From Nannocystales bacterium (lineage in GTDB: Bacteria; Myxococcota_A; Polyangia; Nannocystales; Nannocystaceae), in contig JBOEGF010000068.1 of NCBI GenBank assembly GCA_050633305.1, positions 159 to 21,760 on the forward strand: a DNA stretch of 21,602 nucleotides, in the 5' to 3' direction. A program made the translations under genes and the position numbers. Under the pieces are notes generated by a model. It saw only the letters and a list, made by a program, of their open reading frames with translations. It did no database searches and had not been told where the DNA came from. Below, piece after piece: positions 16,782 to 21,602 of this stretch (its first letter is position 1; the number at the start of each line of letters is the position of its first letter).

Positions 16782-17235
16782 GTGGGCGACCGGGGTTCTT
16801 TCCAGTGCGATCGGATCCCTCGTCGGTGTCGCGTTGTCTCTTGGTGCTGCTCGATGGATGGCTGCTCGTAAAGCGCACGGCCAGCTGTACACGACGCGAC
16901 GGATCGAGGTGCTGGAGGGGCTTGCCGAGCTTCTTCATGAGACGGCATGTTTGATGGACAACATCGAGACCGGAACCGGTCCTAAGGCTCCGCGGGGCCA
17001 AGCCGAGCTGTACCACTGCTGGGGGCGGCGGGCTGCAGTCGCGCGGTTGTATGTCTCCGATGAGCTGTACCAAGAGGTGCGGGTGTTGGAATCTGCCTTG
17101 GGGTCGATCGAAGATGCTCTCTCGCACGGTGTCCGGTGGGAGACCTCCTTCGGGTTCAAGGACTTTGAGAGGTTGTCGGAGATGCTCGCCGAGGCACTGG
17201 CAGGAAGGCATGAGTGGGGGGCGGGAGACGGGTGA
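16774..17235 (+). CDS. Hypothetical protein with N-terminal TM helix and helical bundle (153 aa)
   Basis: ATG 16774 overlaps the recombinase end by 8 bp; 'GVLSSAIGSLVGVALSLGAARW' TM segment. Confidence 0.7.
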   Translation: MGEWATGVLSSAIGSLVGVALSLGAARWMAARKAHGQLYTTRRIEVLEGLAELLHETACLMDNIETGTGPKAPRGQAELYHCWGRRAAVARLYVSDELYQEVRVLESALGSIEDALSHGVRWETSFGFKDFERLSEMLAEALAGRHEWGAGDG

Positions 17236-17246
17236 GGGAGTAGGTC

Positions 17247-18926
17247 ATGGACAAGCTCAAGCACGCGGATGTCCGGATCGTCGATGACGCTTTCATTCGA
17301 GGCGGCTACGTCTTGGACTTCAGCAACACGACGTTCCAGGAGTTCTTTGACGACGAGTTTGATGTCGACATCTATTCGGATAGATACGGCGTAGACGGAG
17401 GTTCGAAAGGCTGGCGTCTTCGGACCTTCGTCAAGGTCGAGTACGCCGAGCGACCTCTCCTCGTAGCCGAGGTGCTTCGCGCGCTTTGGTCGCACAGCGA
17501 GGACGAAGCATTCGAAGGTCGAGGCACTGCGGAGGGACAGCCTGACGAGGATGGGCTAAGGCGAAAGCTCTTCAGGCTCGTGGCACGCCTGGAGTCCAAT
17601 GGGCCAGCGCCAAGCGCCGTACGGGAGGAGGGGGAGTTCGAGGCAACTGGGGTGAGGAAGGACTACGCCCTTGATCCAAAGCCGATCGGTCGCGGGGGAG
17701 CGGCTTCGGTCTTCGCCGCGACGCACAAGGGTTCTGGCGTGCGAGTTGCGCTCAAGAAGATCCTCCACGCGCATTCTGAGGACGCGCGAGCACGGATGCA
17801 GCGCGAGATCGAGGTCTGCCGGGCGCTTGCCGAGAATGATGGCGTCGTGGACCTCATCGACGCCGACCCTGGCAACACGTGGTACGTGATGCGGCTGGCA
17901 GATGGCGATCTGAATGCCTTCCGTGGCCGTCTCTCTACGGCGGATGTGGTGGAGCTCTTTCAGCAGATTGGTGCTGGTCTCTCGGAGGCGCACGAGAAGG
18001 GTTTTTTGCATCGCGACTTGAAGCCCGCGAACATCCTCCGATTCGGAGCAAGATGGGTTGTTGCCGACTGGGGGCTCGTTCGTCGACCTCGGGGGGATAC
18101 GACCTCTGATCGGACGCAGATTGGTTCGTTCTACGGGACCGAGGGGTTTGCTGCGCCCGAGGCATGGCGGGATGCGCATCGGATGGGGCCCGCTTCCGAC
18201 GTCTACGCTCTTGGGCAGATTCTTGGCTGGATTCCAGACGGAGCGAGCCCCGTGCCGAACTTGCCGCCAACGAACCCCGGTCGATGGTCGGTGCCAGTCG
18301 GTTCTGCGACGCAGATGAACCCGGAGCATAGACCGGGCCTCGAGGACCTAATCCTGGCTGTCGCCAGAGCCGGGGCACCGCCTCCTCCAGGAGAGATGGT
18401 TGACGAGATGGCGAGCGCTGCTCTCGACCCCGACCGCGCTTCGACGATCGATGCCGAGCTGGCTCTGTCGCTAGCGAGGCAGGTGCCAGGTCAGAGGATG
18501 CTCTTCGACATCTTGCCTCGCTTGTCGTCGGGTGCACTGCGAGTTGCGATCCGGGCTGAGCCCGCGCTCGCCATGGATGTCGCCCGGGCGTACGGTATGT
18601 CGGGAGAACTTGAGTGGGGGCGGCGAGACTTCGACTACGCCAATGAAGTTGTTGAGACAGTCCTGTTGTTCGCACACGAAGCGGCCGGGATGAAAGACGC
18701 GTCCTTGCTCGCCGTAGCTACGTCTGCTTTGCTGGGGCTCGACGAGAGATGGGACAGGTATCCGGCGCGAGAAGCCATCCGTGGATGGCTTGCAGGTCTC
18801 TCCGGGGAAGGCGCGCGAGTGGTTGCGAAAGCTCTGAGTGGCCGTGCTGCCGAGCAGAAGAGTGAGCTGATGTCGGGGATCTCGGGGCGTTCCGATCCCG
18901 CTATCCTGGCGGCGCTGCGGTCGTAA
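17247..18926 (+). CDS. Soluble Ser/Thr kinase with Abi/restriction-associated N-terminal domain and C-terminal helical domain (559 aa)
   Basis: GGGAG RBS; N-terminal 'GGYVLDFSNTTFQEFF....VDIY...Y...GGSKGWRLRTF'; kinase GRGGAASVF, VALK, REIE, HRDLKPAN, DWG, GTEGFAAPE, DVYALG; no TM. Confidence 0.88.
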   Translation: MDKLKHADVRIVDDAFIRGGYVLDFSNTTFQEFFDDEFDVDIYSDRYGVDGGSKGWRLRTFVKVEYAERPLLVAEVLRALWSHSEDEAFEGRGTAEGQPDEDGLRRKLFRLVARLESNGPAPSAVREEGEFEATGVRKDYALDPKPIGRGGAASVFAATHKGSGVRVALKKILHAHSEDARARMQREIEVCRALAENDGVVDLIDADPGNTWYVMRLADGDLNAFRGRLSTADVVELFQQIGAGLSEAHEKGFLHRDLKPANILRFGARWVVADWGLVRRPRGDTTSDRTQIGSFYGTEGFAAPEAWRDAHRMGPASDVYALGQILGWIPDGASPVPNLPPTNPGRWSVPVGSATQMNPEHRPGLEDLILAVARAGAPPPPGEMVDEMASAALDPDRASTIDAELALSLARQVPGQRMLFDILPRLSSGALRVAIRAEPALAMDVARAYGMSGELEWGRRDFDYANEVVETVLLFAHEAAGMKDASLLAVATSALLGLDERWDRYPAREAIRGWLAGLSGEGARVVAKALSGRAAEQKSELMSGISGRSDPAILAALRS

Positions 18927-18955
18927 GACGGTTCTCGACGGCTGTGAAAAGGGAA

Positions 18956-20167
18956 GGCGGAGTCAGATGGTGGTTGCAACACGGGCATTCCGAGGGGAAC
19001 AGAAATGATGCAACGAACCTACTCAGCGTCGGATCGGCGAGAGCTGTGGCGTAGATGGCGAGAGGGAGAGTCCCAGGCGGACATCGCCCGGTCGCTGAGC
19101 CGCAACCCAGGAAGCGTCCATGGCTTCCTCATGGCAAGTGGAGGAGTGGAGCCCAGGGCCCGCAAGCGGAGTGCTCGGGCCCTCTCGCTCAGTGGCTCAG
19201 TGAGCGCGAGGAGATTTCTCGTCGGCTCGCCCAAGGGGTGGGGATTCGGGCAATTGCCCGCGCTCTGAGGCGTCCTCCGTCGACGGTCTCAAGGGAGGTT
19301 TCTCGAAATGGCGGCGCCCGCTCGTATCGCGCCGCAGCAGCCGACCAACGGGCCTGGGATCGGGGTCGACGTCCGAAGCCTTGCAAGCTGGCGAAGGAGG
19401 GGCGGCTGCGCCGTGTCGTGGCAGGGAAGCTCGCCAAGAACTGGTCTCCCGAGCAAATCTCGGGGTGGCTTCGGAGCGAGTACCCTGGCGAGGAGCGGAT
19501 GCACATCTCTCACGAGGCCATTTACCTGACGCTGTTCGTGCAAGCCCGTGGGGCGCTGAAGAAGGAGCTGCAGACCCACCTGCGTTCGAGCCGTGGGCTT
19601 CGGCGTGGCAGGAAGGCGACGAACGCAGGTCAGGCTCGCGGCCAGATTGTCGACGCCATCTCGATCAGCGAGCGGCCAGCGGAAGTGGAAGACCGCGCCG
19701 TCCCCGGCCACTGGGAGGGCGACCTGGTCTTCGGCTCCGGGAGGACTCAGATCGCGACCTTGGTCGAGCGACACTCCCGCTTCACGCTGCTCGTCAAGCT
19801 GGCCGGGCGAGATGCGACCGCGGTCGCCAAGGCGCTGATCCGGCACATCCGGAAGCTCCCGGTCGAACTGCGCCGCTCGCTGACCTGGGACCGTGGGGTT
19901 GAGCTGGCGAAGCACAAGGACATCACGCTGGCGACGACGATGAAGATCTACTTCTGCGATCCACGGAGCCCTTGGCAAAGAGGGTCGAACGAGAACACAA
20001 ACGGATTGCTCCGACAGTACTTTCCGAAGGGGAAGCCCATCGACCATTCGCAGGCCGCGCTGAACAAGGTGGCGAGGGAGCTGAATTCCCGACCTCGCAA
20101 GACGTTGGAATTCAGGACGCCTGCTGCCGTTTTGGCTGATGTGTTGCGCTGACCGATTGACTTCGCC
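18956..20167 (+). mobile_element. IS30 family insertion sequence (1212 bp)
   Basis: 27-bp imperfect terminal IRs: GGCGGAGTCAGATGGTGGTTGCAACAC (18956-18982) vs reverse complement of 20141-20167, 19/27 matches; encloses the transposase. Confidence 0.9.
19005..20152 (+). pseudogene. IS30 family transposase, frameshifted
   Basis: N-terminal HTH in the 19005 frame; remainder (EREEISR, WSPEQIS, GHWEGDL, SLTWDRG, PWQRGSNENTNGLLRQYFPK, LNSRPRK) in another frame. Removing one copy of GCTCAGTG (19187-19202) restores a 379-aa ORF. Confidence 0.9.
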
Positions 20168-20211
20168 CCCCCTTTTCACAGAGGCTTCAGCCGGTGAAAA
20201 GGGGCCGCCCT

Positions 20212-20249
20212 GATCGGGTCGGGCTCCGAAATCGAAACCCGACCCGATC
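20212..20249. terminator. 12-bp perfect inverted repeat, possible terminator between convergent genes
   Basis: GATCGGGTCGGG (20212-20223) / CCCGACCCGATC (20238-20249); no clear U-tract. Confidence 0.4.
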
Positions 20250-20295
20250 GACGGGCATCGTCGAACTCGGGGGGCGGCGAAGAGGAGGGGGGGTC

Positions 20296-20565
20296 CTACT
20301 TCGGATCTTTGCCTTGCCGGTCTAGCTCGTCGCGAGTCCGTTCGACCTCTTCCTTGTGGTTGGTCTCCCGTGTTGCCTCTCCTCCACGGTCGCGGCCATC
20401 ATGGTCATGGTCCCGGACGGAGGTGCCATCCCGATCCGTCTCGACGGTTGTCTTGCCGTCGTTGTGCTCGATCGTCGTCTTTTCCGGCGCCGCGGCTGCG
20501 GTCGACGCCCCGGCGAGCAGGACGAAGGCACCGGCGATGGCAGTGGTGAAGAACCGTCGCGTCAT
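20296..20565 (-). CDS. Small secreted, highly charged protein (~89 aa)
   Basis: Signal peptide MTRRFFTTAIAGAFVLLAGASTAAA-AP, then a D/E/R/H/T-rich mature part; alternative start 20583. Confidence 0.7.
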   Translation of the reverse strand: MTRRFFTTAIAGAFVLLAGASTAAAAPEKTTIEHNDGKTTVETDRDGTSVRDHDHDGRDRGGEATRETNHKEEVERTRDELDRQGKDPK

Positions 20566-20741
20566 CAAGTTGCTCGTCGACATATTTGCCCTAACGCAGC
20601 CCATGACGAATGGGTCTTCAGCGGTTTCGATTTTTTGCTGCCGCTGCGAGGAGGGGTGTGCGAGTGCTCCTCGCACGAGGCTCGTCGTCATAGACGGCTC
20701 GATGGGGCTGCTGCGCGCTCTGCGTCCGGCCGGTCAAGGAA

Positions 20742-20769
20742 GTTGAACATAATGTCCTTTATGTCCAGG
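20742..20769 (-). other. dif-like XerC/XerD recombination site (11-6-11)
   Basis: Minus strand CCTGGACATAA-AGGACA-TTATGTTCAAC vs E. coli dif GGTGCGCATAA-TGTATA-TTATGTTAAAT; AT-rich, intergenic. Confidence 0.75.
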
Positions 20770-20837
20770 TTCGAAGGGGGCCGGTCGGGTGAGGTTCGTA
20801 CTCTCGGCCTGGTGCAACGAGCGTGGGTAACCGGCCA

Positions 20838-21296
20838 TCACGTGTCGTAGGAGCCGTCCCAGGGCTCGAAGAACGCGAGGTCGTTGGGGAGAAGATCAAC
20901 TCTCTCGTAGTCGTCATTTCGGTCTGACATGTCGACGAGTCCGAATCTCTCGCCGTCGATCTCGACTTCGAATAGACCGACGGAGATGTCGCCGTAGTGG
21001 ACACTGTCGAGGGGCTCGATCAGTCCATCCAGCTTCCGCTGCGCACGATCGACGACGTCGCGCTCCCCGTCGGCCGTCGTTCCCGCGAATACGGCTTCGG
21101 TGCGGGTGTGTTGGCCTGTCGTATCGAAGGTGTGGAGCACCGCATACCAGCGTTTTTTTGCCGGCCAGTCATCGGGCGGAGGCATCGGCAGCGTCGCAGT
21201 CACAAAACCCATGAACTGCCCGCCGGCAAAGGTTCCGATGCGGTCGGTGTGATAGCCCTCTTCACGTGCGATTGGGATTGTCCTGGGGATCGCCAT
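20838..21296 (-). CDS. Conserved-looking hypothetical protein (152 aa), possibly an orphan immunity protein
   Basis: Globular acidic/aromatic sequence: 'IPI..E.YHTDRIG', 'YAVLHTFD..G.H', C-terminal 'PWDGSYDT'. Function is inference only. Confidence 0.75.
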   Translation of the reverse strand: MAIPRTIPIAREEGYHTDRIGTFAGGQFMGFVTATLPMPPPDDWPAKKRWYAVLHTFDTTGQHTRTEAVFAGTTADGERDVVDRAQRKLDGLIEPLDSVHYGDISVGLFEVEIDGERFGLVDMSDRNDDYERVDLLPNDLAFFEPWDGSYDT

Positions 21297-21566
21297 GCGA
21301 CCGGATCTTGCACGAGAGCCGCGCCCCTATCCAGGCCCCCTTCATGCCTGGACTCCGGGGAGTCACCTCTGTCGTGGCCGGCATCATGGGTGGAGTGCTC
21401 AACGCGAAGCGCTCCGAGACTTCGGCAGTCACAGGATCCACAGCGCGACGAAGGGGCCAAGGTTCATGGTCGAACTCAATATGTCCGGGCGGAATTTTCA
21501 GGAAATCGGGCGAGGTTGCCACCCGTCAAGCGCGCGAAGATCGCGAGCCTGGATGATCCGAAATCG

Positions 21567-21594
21567 GTGTCCGATAATTATGGCGCGATCAACC
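21567..21594 (+). other. Degenerate dif-like site (good XerC-type arm, weak XerD-type arm)
   Basis: GTGTCCGATAA-TTATGG-CGCGATCAACC; the left arm ends in ATAA, the right arm lacks TTAT and keeps only TCAAC. Confidence 0.4.
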
Positions 21595-21602
21595 GGTCAG
21601 CG

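Noticed and set aside
21200..21556. Short ORFs at the right edge (21200..21460, 21262..21522, 21266..21556)
   Set aside because: No motif or coupling evidence; cannot choose among them or support any from the sequence alone.

Overview
GC-rich accessory or mobile region with a myxobacterial look (Nannocystaceae/Polyangiaceae-like; inferred from gene content only). Left to right: (i) a type Ib-like partition pair, ParA plus a small ribbon-helix-helix protein; (ii) a five-gene minus-strand operon (Ser/Thr kinase with PEGA-like tail, tandem two-domain Ser/Thr kinase, two paralogous exported proteins, Cys-rich beta-helix lipoprotein) behind a near-consensus sigma-54 promoter, divergent from an FHA-AAA+-HTH enhancer-binding protein; (iii) a 6.5-copy array of a 19-bp palindromic repeat; (iv) an orphan T6SS-type spike/effector cassette (PRK06147 thiolase-like, DUF4150 PAAR-like split from an HNH nuclease by an in-frame TAG, SMI1/KNR4 and DUF3396 immunity, DUF2169); (v) a small tyrosine recombinase, a TM protein and a kinase fused to an Abi/restriction-type N-terminal domain (candidate anti-phage system); (vi) an IS30 element frameshifted by an 8-bp duplication and sitting in a palindromic target; (vii) two small genes, one flanked by inversely oriented dif-like (XerC/D) sites. 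Family names come from motif recognition, not database searches.
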